Below are positions 1-9,455 of a DNA stretch of 64,000 bases, in pieces. Source of the DNA: a virus; the IMG/VR virus record IMGVR_UViG_3300042882_001508; one strand, 5' to 3'. Both the position numbers and the translations under genes were made by a program. How positions within the stretch are numbered: position 1 is the first letter of the stretch; every line of letters begins with the position of its first letter. The notes below the pieces were generated by a model. It ran no database searches. It was given only the letters and a program-made list of their open reading frames with translations, and was not told the origin of the DNA.

Positions 1-934
1 TCCTTGACTAACAATTTTTTTCTTATCCTTAATGTATTTCTTCAGTTTTTGAATCATCTCCTCCATCTTGTCAAGTCTTTTCTCTCCGTGAAAAATAAGT
101 AAATTCTCTTCATGTGAAGGTATTCTAATCCAATGACTAAGATGTTCTTCTGTACCTGTGAATTTGGAATTGCCATATATTTCATCAATTTCATCTGACC
201 CACCATTGACGTATACGTAAGGTAATCCATCAAGGAAATTATATTTCCAAAGTAATACATTTAAAATAGTTTCTTCATGGAATGGGGCATACCACTCAAA
301 GTTTTTCAAGACCTTCGGATGGTTACACATCCAATACCATTCATCCAAAAAGTCGATAGTTTTCTGTCCCGCGACAAAAATATTTGTTGTTCTGTACCTT
401 TGTCTAACATATTGGTTAATACCAAATAGTTCACAGGCGGGATGCTCTAACGTTGTACTTAAATCATCTCTACTATCAGCACCACCTCTAGTACCCACAA
501 AAAGATAATCGTAAACACCTTCAGTGGCGTAAGGATAAACTTTATCGGTATCGTACAAATCGAAAACTCTATCAATGTACGGTGTTACAATCACATCACT
601 ATCAATATAAGCTATGGTTTCCGAATAATTCAATAATGCGTGTCGAGTCACATTTGGTCTTTGTATCAAAAGTTTGAATATTCTCTCATTTGACCTATTG
701 ATATAAAAATTAGAATCTGAGTCATGATACATGTTCCCACCATCCTCACCTAAATCACAATCCCATTTTATAGTTATAACGTTTTCGAAATCTAACTTCA
801 AATCACAGTTTAAAAAATAAACTATAACGGGTAAATCACTAAATTCACGAATTGATTTTACACAAGTTTTAACGATATCAAAATAGTTTTCATTTGCATA
901 AAGAACGAATGATTTTTCGAATTTAACTTTCATA
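1..934 (-). CDS. Glycosyltransferase, probably GT-A fold with a DxD motif. It runs off the left edge of the window and has no stop inside it
   Basis: Hand translation of the minus strand from the ATG at 934..932 stays open to position 1. It begins MKVKFEKSFVLYANENYFDIVKTCVKS...IAYIDSDVIV... and contains a DSD (DxD) motif typical of nucleotide-sugar transferases. It is not in the ORF track because it has no stop in the window. Confidence 0.45.
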
Positions 935-936
935 AT

Positions 937-1554
937 TTAGTAACTTTTTTTTACTGACCAAGTTCCAAACCATTCATTTGTCAACGTTAATTCATATCCA
1001 TAATCTTCACAAAACTCATCAACTGCAGGATTTACACCAAAAACACCGTGATAAAAATTTCCATTCCAAATATGTTTGTCTTTTTTATTTGGTAAATAAT
1101 TTGGGTCATTGTACCAATCTAAATCAATATAATCGTGACCAAGGATATACCCACCAATTTTCACTTTTGGAAACCATAATTTGATGTCCTGAACAACATA
1201 ATCGTAAGCGTGATTTGCATCGATATATACAAAATCTAAAGAATGGTCGTTGAATATTTTTGCGGAAATTTCAGATGAGGCCCTAATCATTACGGCTCTG
1301 TCTTCATATCCCTCAATGTTTTTCATCGCCTCCTCGTAAACATTTTCACTTTGAAGTAGATGATTACTTGAATCTATATACCCATCTTTTAGTCCTCTCC
1401 AAACATCTACCATGTAGAGTGTACCATTCCAATTTTGAATTATTTGTTTGGAGAAAGAACCCTTGAAGGTTCCAACTTCAACACCAACCCCGTTCGGAAA
1501 CTGAGAACATATTTTTGACATCAATTCTACTCTGTTCAATCCATTTTTTTTCAT
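937..1554 (-). CDS. Class I SAM-dependent methyltransferase, Methyltransf_24/TylF-FkbM-like sugar O-methyltransferase type
   Basis: Has a motif-I-like VEVGTFKGSFS, then DFVYIDANH and GGYILGHDY. This spacing is typical of glycan or antibiotic O-methyltransferases. Confidence 0.5.
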   Translation of the reverse strand: MKKNGLNRVELMSKICSQFPNGVGVEVGTFKGSFSKQIIQNWNGTLYMVDVWRGLKDGYIDSSNHLLQSENVYEEAMKNIEGYEDRAVMIRASSEISAKIFNDHSLDFVYIDANHAYDYVVQDIKLWFPKVKIGGYILGHDYIDLDWYNDPNYLPNKKDKHIWNGNFYHGVFGVNPAVDEFCEDYGYELTLTNEWFGTWSVKKSY

Positions 1555-1561
1555 ATGAAAA

Positions 1562-2506
1562 TTATATTTTTACTATTTCAATTATTTTTTTAAAAACTTG
1601 ATTTACGTTAGGATGACAAAGAAATTCTTTTTTATTTTCTAAGCATCCAACCAAAGAAGGTATGCCTTTAATTGTATTCCAATATTTTACACCATATTTC
1701 ATATCAGATGCACAGGCTAGTTCACATTCACCTGAAATATAATGGTATTTGTAATTTTGTGTACCTTTTCTATAAGGGGCTCTCAGTTTGTAATTAACAG
1801 AACTACCAAGTTGAAAAATATTTGCATCGGTGGTTCCTGCCAAATGTAACATACCCGAATCCATAGTAACCACCCCTAATGATTTTTGCATCAACCACCA
1901 TGTTTGAGAAATATCCGCCTTGTTCAATAAATTTAAACCTAGATTTATTGGAAAATCAAATACAGGTTTTTGGACGTTGGAATTTCCAATCTCACTTGAG
2001 TTTTTACCAACAGACACGACTGAAATTCCAACATCATTGAGGAGAGAGGTTAATAAAACCCACTTATCATATGACCAAGTTCTTGAAGCCCAAGTCTGTA
2101 CGGGATGAATTATTATAAAATCTTTTGGTAAATTTTCAATTTCTATAAATTTGTCAGGAATAAATTCCATCTCCATCTCGTTTGGTAAAAGCTGAAACCC
2201 TAAGCCAGCGGCATGAAATTGTCTTATATCGAATTGATTATGACGTAAAGAAATTCCAAATTTGTTTTCTACATTTGGTAAAAAACTATTTAGCATTTCA
2301 TATCTATCCTCAAGTACCTCTCTGTTACTATTTTGGGTTGACCACAACTCACTAACAAAAGTATTGTTTTTGAAAATAATGGGATGGTGTGTAAGGACTG
2401 CAATCTTTTTACCATATGAGTAGTATAGTTTTTTTAATGTAGGGGTTGCACATATTGTGTCTCCCAATCCTCTTGACTCAGTTAAATCCAAACAGACTTC
2501 ACTCAT
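1562..2506 (-). CDS. GT9-like glycosyltransferase (heptosyltransferase family)
   Basis: N-terminal GLGDTICATPTLKKL resembles the GT9 family signature (LGD..xxTP). The protein is 314 aa, a typical GT9 size. Confidence 0.4.
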   Translation of the reverse strand: MSEVCLDLTESRGLGDTICATPTLKKLYYSYGKKIAVLTHHPIIFKNNTFVSELWSTQNSNREVLEDRYEMLNSFLPNVENKFGISLRHNQFDIRQFHAAGLGFQLLPNEMEMEFIPDKFIEIENLPKDFIIIHPVQTWASRTWSYDKWVLLTSLLNDVGISVVSVGKNSSEIGNSNVQKPVFDFPINLGLNLLNKADISQTWWLMQKSLGVVTMDSGMLHLAGTTDANIFQLGSSVNYKLRAPYRKGTQNYKYHYISGECELACASDMKYGVKYWNTIKGIPSLVGCLENKKEFLCHPNVNQVFKKIIEIVKI

Positions 2507-2568
2507 ATGAGAAAATTTAAATTTTTAATCCTGATTTACAAAAATAAAATTTAATTTAGTTTTTTCAT

Positions 2569-3495
2569 ATGGAAAGCCTAGCCAATGTGACCTCACTTTT
2601 CAAGTTTGATATTGTGGGTGATAAATATAAAATAACTTATCTCGGAAAGCCACCGATATATATAAATTTTTCGGTGAAACTGAAAGGTCTCAGTGTCCCT
2701 GTACAAACAATTAGGCACGAATATCAAACAAAAGGGGAATGGTTTATACCAAGTATTGATTATACGGGTTGTGCTATTTTGGAGGTAAGAAACTATGAAA
2801 CTAAGCAATACCTGTTCGATAAAGTTATAAACCCTGTGGTTAGTAAAAAAAGAAAAGAACAAAATATTATTTGTATTGGACTTAATAAGACAGGCACTAG
2901 TTCTTTCTCTGAATCCCTTCAAAAATTAGGATTTAGACTATCACCGGAAGGACTTAATTTTATGACTTGCGTTCAAGATGTACTTTTTGATGATTTAAAT
3001 TCTACATTTTCAATCTTGGAAAACGAGAGATATAATCTCTATGAAGACATGCCATATTCATTTCCATTACTTTACGAAAAAATTTACGAAAGAAGGCCTG
3101 AAGATGTTTTTGTTCTCACAGTAAGAAATGATGTCGAAACATGGATAAAATCTGTGATTAATTTTTATCCCTTACTCCAAAATAAAACAGAAAAAGAATG
3201 GGAAGACAAATCTTATATGAGATATGTGTGGAGTAATGAAAAAGACGATATTTTACTCAATAATCAATTTCCTTTATTAGATGCTTGGGGAATAAAAGAT
3301 ACCACAAATTTGGAGTCAAAACTTAGGGAAATTTATAATACTCATAATCAAAGTGCCATAGAATTTTTTTCACGGAAAAAATCAAATTTCATTGTAATCG
3401 ATGTGTCAAAAAAGAACGAACTTAAAAGATTGTCTAATTGGTTGGGAATTGAAACAAATCAAAATGATTTTGATTGGGTAAACAAAAACAGTTAA
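2569..3495 (+). CDS. Sulfotransferase-domain protein; the ~95 aa N-terminal domain is unknown
   Basis: IICIGLNKTGTSSFSE matches the sulfotransferase 5'-phosphosulfate-binding loop (xKTGTT). FVLTVRNDVETWIKS resembles the 3'-phosphate-binding RxxxxxxxS motif. The C-terminus has the L..WLGIE pattern typical of the family. Confidence 0.45.
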   Translation: MESLANVTSLFKFDIVGDKYKITYLGKPPIYINFSVKLKGLSVPVQTIRHEYQTKGEWFIPSIDYTGCAILEVRNYETKQYLFDKVINPVVSKKRKEQNIICIGLNKTGTSSFSESLQKLGFRLSPEGLNFMTCVQDVLFDDLNSTFSILENERYNLYEDMPYSFPLLYEKIYERRPEDVFVLTVRNDVETWIKSVINFYPLLQNKTEKEWEDKSYMRYVWSNEKDDILLNNQFPLLDAWGIKDTTNLESKLREIYNTHNQSAIEFFSRKKSNFIVIDVSKKNELKRLSNWLGIETNQNDFDWVNKNS

Positions 3496-3781
3496 TTCTT
3501 GGAAATTTTCTTTTTTTCTTTTCCATTATAAAGTCTAAGAAGCTTCAAGGAATCTTTATAATGCTTTTCCAACCTATCCAATTCTTCGATAGGAGTGTTT
3601 GTTTCACAAGCCGAATTATATTGTTCTTCAGCTTCTTGTATTATCTTCTTTATTGTTTTGAGAAGTTTCATATCCTATAAATATTGTCAATTCCTTCCTT
3701 TATTTAACAAGTTAAGAAATTATATTTTGAAGTGTATAAAAACATCGGAACGGGTTATTTATAAGGTAAGAGTAATTTTAA

Positions 3782-6700
3782 ATGGCAGGTTATTATAATT
3801 TTTCAGGAACAAGTTGTACCGATGGACTAGACTATGAATTGTGGACCTTTTATCCACCAGGAGTAACAATTAGTATAGGTTCTGTTTTAAGCGGGGTTAC
3901 GACTTTGGATTATTATACAGTAATTTCTACACCTGTAATTACTCTATCACAACCAGGTTTTGAAGTAGATGGAAACGTAGATTATGGAAGTTGTCCAGCA
4001 ACTCCTACACCTACCGAAACACCCACAAATACTCCAACTCCGAGCGTAACCGAAAGTGAAACTCCAACTCAAACACCTACTCAAACTCCAACTCCCACAA
4101 CATATTGTCTTTGTAATTATTTCGACATGACTATAAGTCAAGCCGATTTGGATGCTGCCATTGGTAACATCACTTTCTTGAATAACACGGTTTATGTTCA
4201 ATATCTTGATTGTTATGGAAATTTTCAAATAACAACATACTCATCTGCAGGTAGTTTCCCAAATACTTTCTGTGCAAGATATGTTCAAGCAACATATTAT
4301 TATGTGAGTGATACACCTGTTGTAGCTGGTACTTCATTCCCTACTGACACATTTAATGATTGTTGTCCGACACCAACACCAACTGAAACATCTACTCAGA
4401 CCCCTACTGAAACACCATCCAATACTCCCACAGAAACCCCAACTCAGACACCTTCACAAACAACTAGCCAAACTCCAACTCAGACTGAAACGGCAACTCA
4501 AACTCCAACTGAGACGCCCACTCAAACCGCAACGCCATCTGCAACAGAAACGCCAACCCAAACTCCAACGGAAACTCCTACACAAACAGAGACAGCAACA
4601 CAAACTCCGACGGAAACTCCTACACAAACAGAAACACCTACACAAACCCCGACACCTGATAGTTCACCAACTCCAACACAAACTGAAACTCCGACAGAGA
4701 CTCCTACTGAAACCCCAACTCAGACTGCAAGTGAAACACCTACTGAAACTCCAACGCAAACCGAGACGCCTACACAAACTCCAACGCCTAATAGTACCCT
4801 AACACCTACTGCCACGGAGACTCCTACAGAAACTCCAACAGCGACCGAAACTCCAACGCAGACACCAAGTGATACGCCAACTCAAACTCCCACTGAAACA
4901 CCAACAGAAACTCCTACACAAACAGCTTCAGAAACTCCTACACAAACAGCCTCAGAAACTCCTACACAAACAGCTTCAGAAACTCCTACACAAACAGCTT
5001 CAGAAACTCCAACTGAGACGCCGACTCAAACTGCTACACCATCTACAACTCCAACGTTTGGGTTAACACCTACCTCAACAGAGACACAAACCCCTACTCA
5101 AACAGAGACCCCAACTCAGACCCCATCAAACACTTCTACTGAAACGCCAACACAAACAGAAACCCCAACAGAGACACCTACTGAAACTCCAACTCAAACT
5201 GCGAGTGAAACACCAACTGAGACCCCAACTCAAACAGAAACGGCCACACAAACTCCGACACCTGATAGTACCCAAACACCGACTGCGACGGAGACTCCTA
5301 CAGAAACTCCAACGGCGACCGAAACTCCTACACAAACCTCAACTCCAACACAAACACCTGGATTGACACCTACACAAACTACAACTCCAACTTTAACACC
5401 TGAGTTAGTCATTCAATTTGAGGAATGTGATTCAAACTTTGTATTTCGTTTTGCAGGTAGTCCGATGGCTTATCTCCCCGTTGATTCGGTTTATTTGATT
5501 GAGGGTAGTTTGGATTTTTCGGGCTGTGCTACGGTTGTGGCATATACTTCAGAAGGTCCACTTTATAATTCTGCTGGAGTTACATTTACTGAAATTGATT
5601 ACTGTGGTAATACGACTTACTGTCCAAGAACTGATAGAAAGGCTGCACAACTTGCAAGATGTAGGGATGGTCTGTTGAGTTATTTCATGGTGGATGTAGA
5701 CACTGCATTCCAATATGGTGTTTATTTCTATCAAGGAGATTGTTGGAAATTTGTAAGATTTGATGGACCTGGTGGTCCATACCTTGGTTCACCAAGTTAT
5801 TTCAGCTGCGAAGATACTGTATGTATACCAACACCAACACCAACTGTAACGCCAAGAGAAACACCAACACAAACTCCAACACCATCCCCAACTCCAACTG
5901 CTTGTCCTTATTCAACTTTTTGTTTTAGAACAACTCAACCTGACCTTGAGGACTTCAGTGGAAATTATACTGAGTATGGCTACGTATATAATGATGAACT
6001 AACTTATTCAGGAGATGGAATTAACATTGGAGTAATTTATTATTTCACATCTTCAACTGAGAGTTATTGGTGTTTAAGCACTTCTTTGGGTGGTTCATGT
6101 GTACTTAGAGGTTCATCACCTTGTAATTCGAACTGTCCTGACATCAGTGGAAACTTCTTCACTTCAGGTGTTTGTCCTACACCTACACCTTCACCATCTG
6201 CCTGCACAATTGACTTTGTTGCATATTTTGATTGTGATTGGGAACCTGTCCCGACGCCGACCTTGACTGTCACAGATGTTGATTTTGATGTAACAAGCAT
6301 TGGACTAACTCCAACACCAACCTCTACAAATCCATGTTTAGGTAAGGCTGTGGAATTCCAATTATATGAGTCTACACCTACACCAACACCATCAAACACC
6401 GCAACACCAACTAGCTCAAGAGTTTATGAACCAGTTGGAGGTAAAGTGTCGTTCGAAATCTTTGATTCACCAATCTCTTGTCCTGAAGTGGCTATTCTCA
6501 AAGAATGCACTCAAGGAACAGATTTCTACTTCTGCGCACAAAATCAATTGGTATTCAACGGTCTTGTTGTGGAACCTGGTACAATAATGAATGCAATTAT
6601 CAACGGACAGTATGTTTGCGTTGAATATATTGGTAATCGTTCTAACACTTCATCAAATTCTGTAATCACCTCTATTATCAACCTTTATTCAGATTGTCAG

Positions 6701-7657
6701 AGCTGTGTTGTTTTTCCAACACCAACAGTTACTCTCACTCCTACTCAAACTCAAACGCCATCTAATACTGCAACACCAACTCAAACCGCGACAGTAACAC
6801 CAACTACTACAACAACAAGAACACCAGATTTGACCCCTGACCCAACAACATCAATAACACCGACAAATACGGCTTCAAACACTCCTACACCGTCTTATAC
6901 TCAAACACCAACCCCAACCAATTTGCAAAAGTATTATGTGTTTACCCTCTGTCCTAATCAAGAAAGTACAATAAGATTTAATAGATTGTTCCAAACTTCA
7001 CCACTCACGGTTCCAATCCTTCCAACCAAAGTATTCACCGATGACAATGGTTTGTGCTGGACATATGAAGGATTCACAACAGCAATTGTTCCAAATCCAA
7101 ATTATGTTGACTTGATTTGGCAAGACAATTATTTCGGTACCGCGGGAGAATTGCAATCGGATACTTGTGACGAGTGCCTCACAACATCTACAAAAATAAA
7201 TCTTCAACTTCAAGTTTTCCCAAGCTTTGAGGGATATATCCCAAGTGGGGCAACAACAACATTTGATAGTCCAAACTTTGGCGTCTCTTTCTATGATGGA
7301 ATTGACCCGAATAATGGAACATTATTTTATCCACCATCTGATGTGTTGAACGACGGTGTAATTGTATTTAATTTGATTACCTTAATTGGTTCAGACCCTT
7401 ATTCAATTTCTAAGTTAGCGGTGGGAGTAATTCACGGAAGATTTTTCTCAAAGGCAAATGTTATTGTTAAAGCATATATTAATGGAGTTTTAGCAAGCCA
7501 AGTAACACAACTTATTGAAGGAAATAGTGAAAACTTCGGAATTCAAATTGGAGGTTTGTTTGAAGAAATAAACTGTGTATCGAACCCGTGTTTGAGAGAA
7601 TTAAATAGAGGAGACATATTACTTATAACAGTAGAACAAAATTCAGAAATAGGATAA
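3782..7657 (+). CDS. Giant Thr/Pro-repeat protein (1291 aa) with several Cys-bounded modules. Putative virion fibre or adhesin
   Basis: Long [11 protein letters not shown] linker blocks alternate with ~90 aa Cys-containing modules (CLCNYF...DCCPTP; ...CIPTPTPT). A ~400 aa non-repetitive C-terminal region follows. Confidence 0.7.
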   Translation: MAGYYNFSGTSCTDGLDYELWTFYPPGVTISIGSVLSGVTTLDYYTVISTPVITLSQPGFEVDGNVDYGSCPATPTPTETPTNTPTPSVTESETPTQTPTQTPTPTTYCLCNYFDMTISQADLDAAIGNITFLNNTVYVQYLDCYGNFQITTYSSAGSFPNTFCARYVQATYYYVSDTPVVAGTSFPTDTFNDCCPTPTPTETSTQTPTETPSNTPTETPTQTPSQTTSQTPTQTETATQTPTETPTQTATPSATETPTQTPTETPTQTETATQTPTETPTQTETPTQTPTPDSSPTPTQTETPTETPTETPTQTASETPTETPTQTETPTQTPTPNSTLTPTATETPTETPTATETPTQTPSDTPTQTPTETPTETPTQTASETPTQTASETPTQTASETPTQTASETPTETPTQTATPSTTPTFGLTPTSTETQTPTQTETPTQTPSNTSTETPTQTETPTETPTETPTQTASETPTETPTQTETATQTPTPDSTQTPTATETPTETPTATETPTQTSTPTQTPGLTPTQTTTPTLTPELVIQFEECDSNFVFRFAGSPMAYLPVDSVYLIEGSLDFSGCATVVAYTSEGPLYNSAGVTFTEIDYCGNTTYCPRTDRKAAQLARCRDGLLSYFMVDVDTAFQYGVYFYQGDCWKFVRFDGPGGPYLGSPSYFSCEDTVCIPTPTPTVTPRETPTQTPTPSPTPTACPYSTFCFRTTQPDLEDFSGNYTEYGYVYNDELTYSGDGINIGVIYYFTSSTESYWCLSTSLGGSCVLRGSSPCNSNCPDISGNFFTSGVCPTPTPSPSACTIDFVAYFDCDWEPVPTPTLTVTDVDFDVTSIGLTPTPTSTNPCLGKAVEFQLYESTPTPTPSNTATPTSSRVYEPVGGKVSFEIFDSPISCPEVAILKECTQGTDFYFCAQNQLVFNGLVVEPGTIMNAIINGQYVCVEYIGNRSNTSSNSVITSIINLYSDCQSCVVFPTPTVTLTPTQTQTPSNTATPTQTATVTPTTTTTRTPDLTPDPTTSITPTNTASNTPTPSYTQTPTPTNLQKYYVFTLCPNQESTIRFNRLFQTSPLTVPILPTKVFTDDNGLCWTYEGFTTAIVPNPNYVDLIWQDNYFGTAGELQSDTCDECLTTSTKINLQLQVFPSFEGYIPSGATTTFDSPNFGVSFYDGIDPNNGTLFYPPSDVLNDGVIVFNLITLIGSDPYSISKLAVGVIHGRFFSKANVIVKAYINGVLASQVTQLIEGNSENFGIQIGGLFEEINCVSNPCLRELNRGDILLITVEQNSEIG
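4922..5012 (+). repeat. Tandem 24 nt coding repeat (about 4 copies) encoding (TQTASETP)n
   Basis: acagcttcagaaactcctacacaa repeated four times with one or two substitutions. Confidence 0.8.
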
Positions 7658-7873
7658 ATGGCACTTACAATAACCATATCATCAATAACTGGCACGTCAC
7701 CTTACAATGTATATCTCTGTGAGGGAGATGGAACTGGATGTTTTTATATAAATCAGATTTCATCCACACCCTACACATTTGACATACCAGCACCCTATGA
7801 TACATCAACATCATATATGGTAAAAATAGTAGATGCTGTAGGTTGTATTATAACTTCCACTCAATCATTATGA
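7658..7873 (+). CDS. Small protein (71 aa) homologous to the N-terminal module of the next gene
   Basis: ITISSITGTSPYNVYLCEGDGTGCFYINQISSTPYTFDIPAPYD aligns with VTITSVTANTPVNIYYCDSLSASCVFVSSVATFPFVFDVPAPYD of the downstream protein. Its start codon abuts the upstream stop (TAAATG). Confidence 0.5.
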   Translation: MALTITISSITGTSPYNVYLCEGDGTGCFYINQISSTPYTFDIPAPYDTSTSYMVKIVDAVGCIITSTQSL

Positions 7874-9423
7874 GCCAACAAGTAACCATAACATCAGTAA
7901 CCGCAAACACACCAGTGAACATCTATTATTGTGATTCACTCAGTGCTTCCTGTGTTTTTGTTTCTAGTGTGGCTACATTCCCATTTGTATTTGACGTGCC
8001 AGCACCATACGACGAACAAAATTTTGTAATAAAAATTGAAGATACCTCAGGATTTGAAGATTATAAAACAATCGACATCACTCCTACCTCCACAAGTCAA
8101 CCCACCACAACTCCAACTAATACTCCGAGCCAAACTCCTACTCAGACACCAACGAATACACCCTCAAATACTACAACACCATCTCAAACGGGGACACCAA
8201 CTCAAACACCTTCTACATCAATTGAGGTATATCCCCCAATTCAACCGAGTCCAAATGTTGTTCAACACCCTGTAGGACAGAGTGTTGTTTGTGAAGCGGC
8301 AAATGCGTGTGATGATACCTTGACAACTAGAGTTCTATACAATTATGAAGCAGATGCTTCGGTGCAACCTGTGATAGGTATTACAATTTATTCTGCTTAT
8401 TTCAGTTCAGCTTTATACGACCCTTATAATGGCAACAACGAGTGGATTTTGATGAGTTGGATTAATGGAACCTATGCCGTACAGATTACACCACAGGGAA
8501 CAATCAAAAGTTTTGTTCTTTGTCAAGAAAATCCAACTCCTTCACCAACAAAAACGCCAACTACTACACCCACTAATACACCAACTCAAACTCAAACTCA
8601 GACACAAACACCAACGCAAACAGCAACACCTTCAACAACAGCAACGATAGGTCTAACCCCAACATCAACTGAAACACCAAGTCAAACCCCAACCCAAACT
8701 CCATCTACAACAACAACACTAACTGCAACACCAACCCAAACACCATCTCAAACTCAAACGCAAACCCAAACTCCATCTACAACAACAACACTAACTGCAA
8801 CACCAACCCAAACACCATCTCAAACTCAAACGCAAACCCAAACTCCTTCTAATACAGAAACACCGACACAAACTCCAACACCTTCAACTACTCCAATTTG
8901 TTGTAATTGCTTTGCATTGACAAACGAAGGAGACCCAACCAATACAAATACTACAAATTATACAGATTGTGATGGTAATCCACAATCTATTATAAATAAA
9001 ATACAATTTGCAACTGCAACTTACTTCTGTGCAGTTCCAGGGTCAATTACAACATCTGGAGGTTTGACCGTGCTCCAAGTTCCTGATGACCTACTCACTT
9101 GTGGTGGTTCTTGTCAACCATGTCCAACTCCTACACAAACCCCATCACAAACGGAAACACAAACCCAAACACCAACACCTTCACCAACACCAAATACTGG
9201 TTGTTATTCTTTAACAAATGAAGGAGACCCCACAGAAACCAATCTGACCACTTACACAGATTGTGATGGAAATCCACAATCAATTGTAAATAAAGCGTTC
9301 GAGTCAGGAGCAACTTACTTCTGTGCTCTTCCTGGTACAATCACATTTTCATCAGGTTTGACAGTAATAATGGTTGATGATAATTTAGGAACATGTGGAT
9401 ATAGTTGTGGAGGTTGTACATAA
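7870..9423 (+). CDS. Thr/Pro-repeat Cys-module protein. Putative fibre component
   Basis: Start revised to MSQQVTITS, an ATGA overlap with the upstream stop. It has TP/TQ linker blocks and two tandem ~80 aa Cys modules (CCNCFALTNEGDPT...CQPCPTP; GCYSLTNEGDPT...CGGCT). Confidence 0.7.
   Translation: MSQQVTITSVTANTPVNIYYCDSLSASCVFVSSVATFPFVFDVPAPYDEQNFVIKIEDTSGFEDYKTIDITPTSTSQPTTTPTNTPSQTPTQTPTNTPSNTTTPSQTGTPTQTPSTSIEVYPPIQPSPNVVQHPVGQSVVCEAANACDDTLTTRVLYNYEADASVQPVIGITIYSAYFSSALYDPYNGNNEWILMSWINGTYAVQITPQGTIKSFVLCQENPTPSPTKTPTTTPTNTPTQTQTQTQTPTQTATPSTTATIGLTPTSTETPSQTPTQTPSTTTTLTATPTQTPSQTQTQTQTPSTTTTLTATPTQTPSQTQTQTQTPSNTETPTQTPTPSTTPICCNCFALTNEGDPTNTNTTNYTDCDGNPQSIINKIQFATATYFCAVPGSITTSGGLTVLQVPDDLLTCGGSCQPCPTPTQTPSQTETQTQTPTPSPTPNTGCYSLTNEGDPTETNLTTYTDCDGNPQSIVNKAFESGATYFCALPGTITFSSGLTVIMVDDNLGTCGYSCGGCT
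8701..8844 (+). repeat. Tandem 72 nt coding repeat (2 copies) encoding [24 protein letters not shown]
   Basis: Two near-identical 72 nt units read directly from the sequence. Confidence 0.8.
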
Positions 9424-9455
9424 AAATCTGAAAAATATACTTATAGAATATATAA

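Noticed and set aside
54-260. The 68 aa minus-strand ORF at the window start.
   Set aside because: It lies inside, and out of frame with, the longer edge-truncated glycosyltransferase ORF (1..934, minus).
3474-3798. Two small plus-strand ORFs (3474..3680, 3595..3798) in the gap before the giant gene.
   Set aside because: They overlap each other and have Phe/Ile/Leu-rich low-complexity translations typical of AT-rich non-coding DNA. A 58 aa K/E-rich minus-strand ORF (3492..3671) is marginally more plausible but is also unsupported.
3947-6399. Alternate-frame and opposite-strand ORFs inside the Thr/Pro-repeat genes (3947..4228, 4356..4802, 4454..4645, 4869..5066, 5126..5335, 5230..5412, 6064..6399, 8036..8275, 8465..8650, 9722..9970).
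   Set aside because: They are by-products of the ACNCCNAC repeat and give low-complexity His/Lys/Leu/Gln or Cys/Arg/Ser translations nested in a long, well-supported ORF.
3995-9200. A CRISPR-like or satellite array, suggested by the very regular short DNA repeats.
   Set aside because: The repeats are in frame within long ORFs and encode TPTQT or Gly-X-Y peptides. They have no spacer structure and no cas genes.
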